Assembly: GCA_038851565.1 (NCBI GenBank)
Contig: JAWCKV010000012.1
Span: 1 to 23,773, forward strand
Reading direction: 5' to 3'
From: Candidatus Hadarchaeales archaeon
GTDB taxonomy: Archaea > Hadarchaeota > Hadarchaeia > Hadarchaeales > Hadarchaeaceae
DNA length: 23,773 nt
The translations under genes and the position numbers were made by a program. The notes beneath the pieces were generated by a model, which saw nothing but the letters and a program-made list of their open reading frames with translations, searched no databases and had not been told where the DNA came from. Below are positions 1 through 7,716 of this stretch, one piece after another. Positions within the stretch are counted from its first letter, which is position 1; each line of letters opens with the position of its first letter.

Positions 1-2
1 TC

Positions 3-599
3 GAGACCTACTCGGGCGGGATGAGGCGCAGGCTGGAGCTGGCCTGCGGGCTCGCGAACAGGCCTAGGGTCCTCTTCCTCGACGAGCCGACCCTTGGGCT
101 TGACGTCCAGACCCGCGCCGCAACATGGGACTACATCAGGCGCCTGAAGGAGGAGTATGGCATGACGCTATTCATGACCACCCACTACCTGGAGGAGGCG
201 GACGCCCTCTGCGACAGGATAGCCATAATAGACTACGGGAAGATCATCGTGAGCGGGAGGCCCGGGGACCTGAAGAAGGATCTGGGGGGCGACGTGATAA
301 CGCTCGCTGTGAAGGAGCCCGGGGACGCCACCGAGATCATAAGGGGCGTGGAGCACGTCAAGGAGGTCAGAAAGGAAAACGGATCCTACAGGGTAAAGGC
401 CGAGCTCGGAAGGGTGACCGCCCCGGCCATCATAGAGGCCCTGAGGAGCAGGGGTTTCACCGTGACAAAGCTCTCCCTCGCTGAACCCACCCTGAACGAC
501 GTTTACCTGGAGTACACGGGAAGGTCGATGAGGGACGCGGAGGAGTCCCCTGAGGCGATAAGGGCACAGAGGTGGCTGATGAGGAGGATACGAAGATGA
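3..599 (+). CDS. ABC-2 (DrrA-like) exporter ATP-binding subunit, 5'-partial
   Basis: Frame is open from the window start. Signature YSGGMRRR, Walker B VLFLDEPT, H-loop TTHY, C-terminal EPTLNDVYL motif. Confidence 0.95.
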   Translation, partial: ETYSGGMRRRLELACGLANRPRVLFLDEPTLGLDVQTRAATWDYIRRLKEEYGMTLFMTTHYLEEADALCDRIAIIDYGKIIVSGRPGDLKKDLGGDVITLAVKEPGDATEIIRGVEHVKEVRKENGSYRVKAELGRVTAPAIIEALRSRGFTVTKLSLAEPTLNDVYLEYTGRSMRDAEESPEAIRAQRWLMRRIRR

Positions 600-1432
600 A
601 CGAGTTCAGGCCGAGCAGGCTGCACGGAACCTGGGCGCTCACGGTGAGGGAGCTCAAGAAGTGGCTGAAGGACCCCATCATACTCTTCATGACCATCATC
701 CAGCCGGTGCTCTGGATGGGGCTGCTGGGGAAGGCGATGAACATAGGCGCCATATTCTCCACACAGAACCTCCCGCCAGGCCTTGCAGAGCAGATCATGA
801 GAGGAACCTTTGGCACTGCAGACTACTTCTCGTTCATGGCCATAGGCATGATCTCATTCACCGTGATGTTCACGACCATGTTCAGCGGCATGTCAATAGT
901 GTGGGACAGGAGGCTGGGTTTCCTGAACAAGGTACTCAGCACGCCGGTTTCCAGAGGCGCCATAATATTCTCCAAGGTCCTCAATTCCTCCTTCAGGGCG
1001 ATGTTTCAGGCGACCCTCATACTGATCATCGCGTTCCTGCTCGGACTGCAGCTGGGTCCGACGTTCGGTCCCCTCAACATCCTGGGGCTGTACGCTGCGG
1101 TCTTCCTCCTCAGCGTTGGTCTCTCCTCGCTGTTCATCGCGCTGGCCCTGAGGTCCACCAGGCAGGAGACCCAGATGGCGGTCGTGAACCTGATCAACCT
1201 TCCCCTGATGTTCGCAAGCAACGTCTTCTTCCCTGCCTCCATGATGCCGGGCTGGCTACAGGCGATCGCAAACGTCAACCCGGTCAGCTACCTGACAGAC
1301 GCCCTCAGGCAGCTCACGGTGTGGGAGATGAACCTCTCCTCCCTTATGTTCGACTTCCTCTACCTGGGAGCATTCGCAGCCGTGCTGGCCACCGTCGGCA
1401 TAGTGCTGTCCTGGAGGTACCTCACGAAGTGA
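596..1432 (+). CDS. ABC-2 type permease (DrrB-like)
   Basis: ATG at 596 overlaps the upstream TGA (ATGA coupling). About 6 hydrophobic segments, WDRRLGFLNKVLSTPVSR, MPGWLQAIANVNPVSY. Confidence 0.93.
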   Translation: MNEFRPSRLHGTWALTVRELKKWLKDPIILFMTIIQPVLWMGLLGKAMNIGAIFSTQNLPPGLAEQIMRGTFGTADYFSFMAIGMISFTVMFTTMFSGMSIVWDRRLGFLNKVLSTPVSRGAIIFSKVLNSSFRAMFQATLILIIAFLLGLQLGPTFGPLNILGLYAAVFLLSVGLSSLFIALALRSTRQETQMAVVNLINLPLMFASNVFFPASMMPGWLQAIANVNPVSYLTDALRQLTVWEMNLSSLMFDFLYLGAFAAVLATVGIVLSWRYLTK

Positions 1433-1436
1433 TGAT

Positions 1437-2099
1437 ATGTGGCTGAGGATTGAAGCGGGACTCAGGGATGAGTTTCCTGAGCTGAGGGCGCTGGCAGGAA
1501 GGATTGAGGGGGTGAGGGTTGAGGGGTCCAGCGACGAGCTGGAGAGGCTGAAGGCAGAGGTCATGGAGGAGGTGAGGAGGACCTACAGGCTCGAGACCGT
1601 GAAGGACCACCCGGTGTTCAGGTCCTACAGGGACTTCTTCTGGAGGATAGGGATCGACCCCACCAAGGTGAGGCCGGCGGCTGAGGCCCTGATCAGGAGG
1701 ATCCTGGGGGGAAAGCCGCTGCCCAGGATAAACACCCTTGTGGACGCATACAACCTCGCATCGATAAGGTCGTGCATATCGATAGGGGCGTTCGACGAGG
1801 AGCACATAAGGGGGGAGCTGCTGATGAGGAAGGCGAGGGCGGGGGAGGAGTTCCTGGGCATAGGGATGGGGGCCCCTGTCTCGCTGGACGGGAACGAGAT
1901 AGTGGTGTCCGACGAGGAAAAGATCATCGCCATATACCCCTACAGAGACTCTGAAGCCACAAAGGTCACGGAGGAAACTAAAAACGTGCTGTTCCTCTCG
2001 TGCGGGGTTCCGGGAATATCAGCGGAAGCTCTGGAGGGAGCGCTGAAGCTCACGCTGGAATACGTGAAGAGGTTCTGCGGAGGGAGGGAAGAGCCGTAG
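1437..2099 (+). CDS. Stand-alone B3/4 domain protein (PheRS beta editing-domain family)
   Basis: YRDFFWRIGIDPTKVRPAAEALIRR, INTLVDAYNLAS and YPYRDSEATKV are typical of free-standing B3/4 proteins. Confidence 0.9.
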   Translation: MWLRIEAGLRDEFPELRALAGRIEGVRVEGSSDELERLKAEVMEEVRRTYRLETVKDHPVFRSYRDFFWRIGIDPTKVRPAAEALIRRILGGKPLPRINTLVDAYNLASIRSCISIGAFDEEHIRGELLMRKARAGEEFLGIGMGAPVSLDGNEIVVSDEEKIIAIYPYRDSEATKVTEETKNVLFLSCGVPGISAEALEGALKLTLEYVKRFCGGREEP

Positions 2100-3251
2100 A
2101 CCCCGCGCCTTTTTCCCATGGTCTCGTTTCCTGCCGAAGACCCTGTAAAAAGCTGTCAGAAGGCTCGCGCAGACAGCCGCCGTCACCGCGGCTATCACAA
2201 GGAGACGGAGCACATCGGGAGCCGGGGTCCACCTGAACGTGTGCCAGTGCTCCGGTGCGTTTCCCTCCCCAGTCATCGTGTTGTAGTAGTAAACGTCGTT
2301 GAAGTACGCCCAAACCTCCAGCGCCGGGTACTCATACATCCCAAAGTAATCGTAGGAAATGCCCTGGCGCTCCACCAGGCAAAGGTTTTCATCGTCCCAG
2401 TATGGGCCAGAGGTGGCCTCAAGCTGCAGCCACCTGCCGTACACGTATATCTCCGCCCAGGCATGCCCGCCCACCCGATCCCCGAACTGAACCTTCCCGA
2501 CCGCCACCCTCACGTTCTCGGGCGGCATTCCCATTGACCTGATGACCGAGACCAGGGTGTAGGCCTGGGACTCGCAGTCGCTGGCCTGCATGCCTCTCAC
2601 AGGGTTGGTGGGATAGAGGGGTGAGTCAGCAAGAAACTCCTGGGGATAGAGCCACCTCTCCTCGACTCCGTGAAGCGTCCTGTCGGAAACCCACACCCAC
2701 CTCAGCGCTGCCTGGTACGCCTCCTCTACCGACTTCAGCCTCCAGGCCAGCTCCCTGACAGCCGGAGCCCAGGGGGTGACGTAGCTCTGCCAGGGGGACA
2801 AATTCTCAAAGTTCTCCTTCGGAACGATGAGGTCGGGAGGGCGCACGTTCTCAACCGGTATGGCCTTTCTCTCGCTCGCCTGCGGGAGGGGCGATGGCAT
2901 CACGGGCACGTTTTCCCACTCCACGGTGACGTTCTTGGGCCTCACCACGTTGTCCCCCCAGACCACCGGACCGACCGTGATCTCCCCCCGCGGGCCGCGA
3001 AGGTTTTCAACGTCTATCCCTCCGGCCGCCCTGGGGTCCTCCCACTCAACTATGACGCGGGGTCTGATGATGAATCCCTCGCGCTGCACAGGGGAGATTA
3101 TTACCTCCGTTCCCTCCTGCCAGCGGACCATGTTTTCCTCAGGAGTGACCACTATGCTCGACTGTGGCTCCTGCGCCCTCGCGATCGCCGAGGAGAAGAG
3201 GGCCAGAAGAATCGCCAGAACTGCCGGTGCACGCCTAAGATTTTTCCACAT
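2019..3251 (-). CDS. Secreted, C-terminally anchored transglutaminase-like domain protein
   Basis: Start set at ATG 3251 (MWKNLRR...AIARA signal peptide). SDCESQA (Cys), GHAWAEI (His), WLQLEAT, then a C-terminal TM helix and basic tail. Confidence 0.82.
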   Translation of the reverse strand: MWKNLRRAPAVLAILLALFSSAIARAQEPQSSIVVTPEENMVRWQEGTEVIISPVQREGFIIRPRVIVEWEDPRAAGGIDVENLRGPRGEITVGPVVWGDNVVRPKNVTVEWENVPVMPSPLPQASERKAIPVENVRPPDLIVPKENFENLSPWQSYVTPWAPAVRELAWRLKSVEEAYQAALRWVWVSDRTLHGVEERWLYPQEFLADSPLYPTNPVRGMQASDCESQAYTLVSVIRSMGMPPENVRVAVGKVQFGDRVGGHAWAEIYVYGRWLQLEATSGPYWDDENLCLVERQGISYDYFGMYEYPALEVWAYFNDVYYYNTMTGEGNAPEHWHTFRWTPAPDVLRLLVIAAVTAAVCASLLTAFYRVFGRKRDHGKKARGLRLFPPSAEPLHVFQRELQRSLQSFR

Positions 3252-4026
3252 CCGTCCTGCCCCCCGTATAAACGTACACGGTGCTCGGCTTTCCCCTTCC
3301 GCCGAGGCCCCCCGATGCAAGCCTTGTCCTGTCAGTCTGGCGCACGAGCCCCTTTTCCATGAGCTTCTGAACCGTCCGCCAGATGGTTATCTTAGAGGCC
3401 CTCGTCAGCTTCATCAGCTCGGGTATCGTGAACTCCTTCAGCTGCATCATGTGTCCGACTACCTCGACGTCCCTGATGGTCATGTCGTGGAACCCGTGCT
3501 CCATCAGCTCGGCGGCGGCCTCCCCCCATCCTCTCTGGTACCAGGCGGCGAACACGGCGGCCAGCGCCCCGACGAGCACCCCTATGCCGGCCGCCACAGG
3601 CGCGAAGTCCACTGGCCTGGTCTCCGTGAGCGTGGATCCAGAAACGGTGACCGAACCCCCTGTGGAGACCGCTGTCTCGTACGCTTCAGAAGGCACGAGC
3701 AGATCCATGACCTCAGGTGCAGGAGACCACTTCACCCCGTAATCGCCTCCGGGCTCCCTGGCCCCCTCGAGTCCCCCCCTTGCGATCTCAAGCCTGTAGT
3801 AATCATAACCGTTTTCTCCGGGAACGTGCTCCGATCCGATGATGTCATACTCCTCGTTGTCGATCATCACGCGCTGTCCTCCCCCCTGGATCGTGGCAAG
3901 ATAGGTGGTCGTGACGACGGTCCCGGAGGGATACGCTGCTGACAGGACCAGATACGACAGGATACCTGAGGCCAGGCAGGCGGCGATGAATATCAGGGCA
4001 ACCTTAACCCCCCGCACCTCCCTCAC
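3235..4026 (-). CDS. Membrane-anchored transcription regulator with C-terminal winged HTH (COG2512-like architecture)
   Basis: N-terminal TM, ~110-aa soluble segment, second TM (VAAGIGVLVGALAAVFAAWY), then TIPELMKLTRASKITIWRTVQKLMEKGLV HTH and GRGKP wing. Confidence 0.75.
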   Translation of the reverse strand: MREVRGVKVALIFIAACLASGILSYLVLSAAYPSGTVVTTTYLATIQGGGQRVMIDNEEYDIIGSEHVPGENGYDYYRLEIARGGLEGAREPGGDYGVKWSPAPEVMDLLVPSEAYETAVSTGGSVTVSGSTLTETRPVDFAPVAAGIGVLVGALAAVFAAWYQRGWGEAAAELMEHGFHDMTIRDVEVVGHMMQLKEFTIPELMKLTRASKITIWRTVQKLMEKGLVRQTDRTRLASGGLGGRGKPSTVYVYTGGRTDVEKS

Positions 4027-4040
4027 CGATATAAGTATCT

Positions 4041-4072
4041 TTTTTGAAACTTAATATAATTTGTTTCAAAAA
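4041..4072. promoter_or_regulatory. Perfect 10-bp inverted repeat flanking a TATA-like spacer (candidate operator in a divergent promoter)
   Basis: TTTTTGAAAC (4041-4050), TTAATATAATTT, GTTTCAAAAA (4063-4072), inside an AT-rich intergenic region. Confidence 0.7.
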
Positions 4073-4125
4073 TGTAACTTAATTTAAATACAGGTGGCAC
4101 GGATTAAATTTAATTGGTGAAACTA

Positions 4126-6054
4126 ATGAGGGAATGGCTCCTGAGCCTCCTCTTCGCGGTTTCCATCATCGCTGGGATGATTGCGGCGGCATCCGGCGCA
4201 GAGCTCCTGGGGATAATGATAGCTTTCTGCCTCCCTGTGGCTGGATGGCTTGTCCTAGAGAGGAAAAGGACCACGCCCACGCTGGCCCTGGCCTTCATCC
4301 TCGTGTCCTCAATTGCCGTAGCAGCCAGCCTGCCGCTGGTCAGGTTTGAAGGCGGTGAAAGCGGCACGCCCACATTCATCGGGCTCAAGAGCTTTTCCTC
4401 CTATCAGGAGATCCAGGAGTACATTGAGAGCAGATGGGGGTCCACAGGATGGAACGGCCCCTACAAGATATTTTCTGAGATCGGCGCGCCCATGAATCTT
4501 GAATCGGCATCTGAGAGGGGCTATGAGTTCGTGATAGGGGGAGAGGGCTCCGGGGCTGGAACCGGCGGGAGGGACTTTTCCACCACGAACATACAGGTGC
4601 TGGGGGTTGACGAGGCAGACATAGTGAAGTGCGACGGAACATACATCTACGTCGTCTCGGGGGAGAACATATTCATTATATCCGCCTACCCGCCCGAGGA
4701 CGCAGAGCTCCTGAGCAACATTGAGGCGGAATATCCGGTCGAGATATATGTGAACGGAGACATGCTCGCTGTAATAGGCTGGGACTATCTCAGGGTGTAC
4801 GACATCTCTGACAGGAGAAGCCCGAGGCTGGAGAGGGATGTCAAGTTTGAGAACGGATACTACTACAACTCCAGGATGGTAGGCGACTACGTGTACCTCA
4901 TAATAAACTCGCCGATATACGTGATCTACCCGGTCGAGGGCGGGGAGCCCGGGGAGTGGATAAAGCTGCCGGTAATATCGTGCAACTGGAGCCCGAGGGA
5001 GATCCGGCCCGAGGAGATATACTACTTCGAGGACGAGAAGGGCTTCCCCTCCGAGTTCGTCACGATAATGGCCGTTAACCTGAAGAACCGCTGGGAGGAC
5101 GTGAGGACGAAGACATTCCTGATGAGCTCTGCCCAGAACATCTTCGTCTCCCTGACCAACCTCTACATAACGTACACGGTCTATGAAAACGAGGAGAAGA
5201 CGGCTGTCCACAGGATCTCCATAGGGGGCGGCAAAATAGAGTACGCGGCAGGCGGAGAGGTCCCCGGCACAGTCCTGAACCAGTTCTCGATGGACGAACA
5301 CGAGGGGTACTTCAGGGTGGCCACTACGAAGGGAGACGTGTGGAGCGGGACCTCCGTGAACAACGTGTACGTCCTTGACGGCATGATGAACGTTGTTGGC
5401 AGGCTGGAGAACCTCGCTCCGGGCGAGAGGATATACTCCGTCAGGTTCATGGGGGACCGCGCCTACATGGTCACATACGTCAGAGTTGATCCGCTCTTCG
5501 TCCTTGACCTCTCAAACCCATCATCGCCAGGTGTTCTCGGCGAGCTCAAGATACCCGGCTACTCCGACTACCTACATCCCTACGATGAAGCGCACATAAT
5601 AGGGGTCGGGAAGGAGACCACGACAAACGAGCAGGGGTTCGAGATATCGCTCGGCGTGAAGATCGCGCTCTTCGACGTGAGCGATCCCGAAAACCCGCTG
5701 GAGATATCAAAGTACGTGATAGGGGAGAGGGGCACGGACTCTCTCGCCCTCTATGACCACAGGGCATTCCTCTTCAGGAGGCACAGGAACCTTCTGTCGA
5801 TCCCTATCGGAGACTGGTGGGGCAGGCAGGAGGCATACATATTCCACATATCGCTTGAGAACGGCATCGTGCTGAGGGGGACGATAGGGCACGGGGAATA
5901 TCAGGTGAAGAGGATACTATACATAGAGGATGTGCTCTACACGGTATCCGACGCCATCTTGAAGATGAATGAGATGGATGACCTCGATGAGATCGGTGAG
6001 GTGAAGCTACCCACCTCAGCCGAGCCCCTGCCACTGTACAAATGGGTGGAGTGA
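4126..6054 (+). CDS. Membrane-tethered secreted protein with beta-propeller domain (Beta_propel/COG4880-like)
   Basis: GGTGA RBS before ATG 4126. N-terminal TM helices, then FSTTNIQVLGVDEADIVK, LNQFSMDE, GERIYSVRFMG, VDPLFVLDL, GELKIPGYSDYLHPY. Confidence 0.9.
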   Translation: MREWLLSLLFAVSIIAGMIAAASGAELLGIMIAFCLPVAGWLVLERKRTTPTLALAFILVSSIAVAASLPLVRFEGGESGTPTFIGLKSFSSYQEIQEYIESRWGSTGWNGPYKIFSEIGAPMNLESASERGYEFVIGGEGSGAGTGGRDFSTTNIQVLGVDEADIVKCDGTYIYVVSGENIFIISAYPPEDAELLSNIEAEYPVEIYVNGDMLAVIGWDYLRVYDISDRRSPRLERDVKFENGYYYNSRMVGDYVYLIINSPIYVIYPVEGGEPGEWIKLPVISCNWSPREIRPEEIYYFEDEKGFPSEFVTIMAVNLKNRWEDVRTKTFLMSSAQNIFVSLTNLYITYTVYENEEKTAVHRISIGGGKIEYAAGGEVPGTVLNQFSMDEHEGYFRVATTKGDVWSGTSVNNVYVLDGMMNVVGRLENLAPGERIYSVRFMGDRAYMVTYVRVDPLFVLDLSNPSSPGVLGELKIPGYSDYLHPYDEAHIIGVGKETTTNEQGFEISLGVKIALFDVSDPENPLEISKYVIGERGTDSLALYDHRAFLFRRHRNLLSIPIGDWWGRQEAYIFHISLENGIVLRGTIGHGEYQVKRILYIEDVLYTVSDAILKMNEMDDLDEIGEVKLPTSAEPLPLYKWVE

Positions 6055-6065
6055 GCCCAGCCATA

Positions 6066-6073
6066 CTTATATT
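6066..6073 (+). promoter_or_regulatory. Candidate TATA box for the HAD/kinase pair
   Basis: CTTATATT about 30 nt upstream of ATG 6104. Confidence 0.45.
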
Positions 6074-6103
6074 GTCTCCTGCTCTCTCTTCTCTGGCGGG
6101 AGC

Positions 6104-6808
6104 ATGAGGAAAGGCATACGGGGAGTGCTTTTTGATGTGGACGACACGCTGGTGAACTCAAGGCCCGCAATGGAGCACGCGTTAAGGATCATCGCCGGGA
6201 GAATGGCAGAATTCGCGGGAAGCCAGGGCCCTGAGCAGGGGGTTCAGCGGATACATGCGATGCTCAGGGAGCTCGACGACAGCATGCACGCTGCATTCAG
6301 GTACAACAGGGACGAATGGTGGCAGGAAGCGGCCAGGAGACTTGGGAAAGAGATGCCAGCGGATCTTGCCAGCAGGCTGACGCGTGACTACTGGAACATC
6401 GTCCTGGAGAGATCGGAGCTCTACCCCGACGCGCTCCCAACCCTCGAATACCTGATGAGGGGGGGATACCTCATTGGAGCGGTTACCGACACCGACGGAA
6501 CGAAGGGCATCAAGCTTGAGAGGCTGAGGAGGATGGGCCTGATGAGGTTCTTCAGGGTCGTGGTGGTGGGGGGAGAGGATACGAAGGGCGTGAAGCCAGA
6601 CCCGGAGCCATTTCTTCTCGCCGCAGCCAGGCTCGGTTTAAAACCGGATGAATGCGTGATGGTCGGGGACAGGCCCCACACAGACGTAAGGGGGGCGAGA
6701 ACGGCTGGCATGCGCGCCATCTGGCTCAGGCGCAGGGAGTGGAATGCCATGGAGCCATGTGATGCCATCATCGATTCTCTGAACCAGCTGCCGGAACACT
6801 TGGGGTGA
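6104..6808 (+). CDS. HAD-superfamily hydrolase (subfamily IA, C1 cap)
   Basis: Motif I FDVDDTL, motif II AVTD, motif III KPDPEPF, motif IV VGDRPHTDV. Confidence 0.93.
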   Translation: MRKGIRGVLFDVDDTLVNSRPAMEHALRIIAGRMAEFAGSQGPEQGVQRIHAMLRELDDSMHAAFRYNRDEWWQEAARRLGKEMPADLASRLTRDYWNIVLERSELYPDALPTLEYLMRGGYLIGAVTDTDGTKGIKLERLRRMGLMRFFRVVVVGGEDTKGVKPDPEPFLLAAARLGLKPDECVMVGDRPHTDVRGARTAGMRAIWLRRREWNAMEPCDAIIDSLNQLPEHLG

Positions 6809-7296
6809 AAAAGATGATCATAGTGATATACGGTCCTCCGGCTTCCGGAAAGTCGACTGTAGCCACGGAGATGGCAAAAAGGCTGGAGGGCGCAAAGGTG
6901 CTGACATCGGACGAGTTCAGGAGAAAAACATACAGCAGGTTCCTGAGGGAGGCCTCGCTGCTGGCGGGTAAAGGAAAGCATCTCGTGCTCTCAGGCACCT
7001 TCTACAGAAAAGCATGGAGAGACGAAGCCCGCAGAATTGCCAGTGAGAGCGGGGAACGCGTGATATTCGTTCGCCTTAGGTGTTCTCTGGAAACCTGCCT
7101 GAGGAGGAACAGGGAGAGGGCAAGCCCAGTTGAGGAGAAGGCCGTGAGGATAATTCACGCGGAGTTCGAGGAAGGCGATGAGGACCTCTCCATAAACACC
7201 GAGGTCACAGAAGCGGGGGAGGCTGCCGAGATGATCATAAAACTTCTGTCAGGCGCTGAAGGCTCCCGAGGGGCCTGCCCGCGGAAGAGTTTTTAA
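6805..7296 (+). CDS. P-loop kinase of the AAA_33 / nucleoside-monophosphate-kinase fold
   Basis: GTG start overlaps the HAD stop (GTGA). Walker A GPPASGKST, SDEFRR, lid motif CLRRNRER. Confidence 0.85.
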   Translation: MKKMIIVIYGPPASGKSTVATEMAKRLEGAKVLTSDEFRRKTYSRFLREASLLAGKGKHLVLSGTFYRKAWRDEARRIASESGERVIFVRLRCSLETCLRRNRERASPVEEKAVRIIHAEFEEGDEDLSINTEVTEAGEAAEMIIKLLSGAEGSRGACPRKSF

Positions 7297-7330
7297 CCGG
7301 AGAGAATCACCTGTTAGGGAGGTGTGGCGA

Positions 7331-7570
7331 ATGCCGATGGCAATAGTTCTGATAGACGCGCATGCCGGAACCGTGAGGGACATCATGGAGGGACTGAAGA
7401 AGATCAACGGGGTCGTGGAGGCCTACGGTGTAACGGGCCCGCACGACATCGTGGTCAAGATCGAACTGGGCAGGTTCGAGGATATCGCGGAGACCGTCAG
7501 CCAGGTCATACACAAGCTACCGGGCGTGAAGAACACCCTCACGATGTTCGCCTTCGAGCGGATAAAGTAG
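7331..7570 (+). CDS. Stand-alone Lrp/AsnC ligand-binding (RAM) domain protein
   Basis: GGAGGTG RBS before ATG 7331. GVVEAYGVTGPHDIVVKI and LPGVKNTLT; no HTH. TTTTTAAC TATA-like element near 7290. Confidence 0.88.
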   Translation: MPMAIVLIDAHAGTVRDIMEGLKKINGVVEAYGVTGPHDIVVKIELGRFEDIAETVSQVIHKLPGVKNTLTMFAFERIK

Positions 7571-7576
7571 GGATGC

Positions 7577-7644
7577 GGCACGTCAGTCCGCCCATCATTC
7601 ATATCATCGACAAGCTCAGACGATGTCGTGACATCATCCGTGCC
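7577..7644 (-). ncRNA. Box C/D 2'-O-methylation guide sRNA
   Basis: Minus strand reads GGCACG-G-ATGATGT(C)-CACGACATCGT-CTGA(D')-GCTTGTCG-ATGATAT(C')-GAATGATGGGCGGA-CTGA(D)-CGTGCC. 6-bp terminal stem; both guides are complementary to conserved rRNA segments. Confidence 0.85.
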
Positions 7645-7667
7645 ATAGTGAATCTCTGTGACCTCAG

Positions 7668-7675
7668 GATAAATT
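7668..7675 (-). promoter_or_regulatory. Candidate TATA box of the C/D sRNA
   Basis: AATTTATC on the minus strand, 24-31 nt upstream of the predicted 5' end at 7644. Confidence 0.5.
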
Positions 7676-7716
7676 CATATGCCCGGCGCTGTCTTTCCAT
7701 TGCGCAGGCAGAGGGG

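Noticed and set aside
1429..1480. Second possible C/D sRNA (GTGATGA...CTGA...CTGA)
   Set aside because: First guide is only 7 nt, there is no terminal stem or recognisable rRNA complement, and it lies on coding sequence.
2670..3942. Long plus-strand ORFs (230 and 371 aa)
   Set aside because: Antisense shadows of the motif-bearing minus-strand genes; low-complexity Ser/Pro/Arg translations expected in GC-rich DNA.
5245..5255. 11-nt match (GCGGCAGGCGG) to the tRNA-Gly 3' end, a possible att site
   Set aside because: Inside an intact CDS, too short, no integrase in the window, and core genes lie between the two copies.
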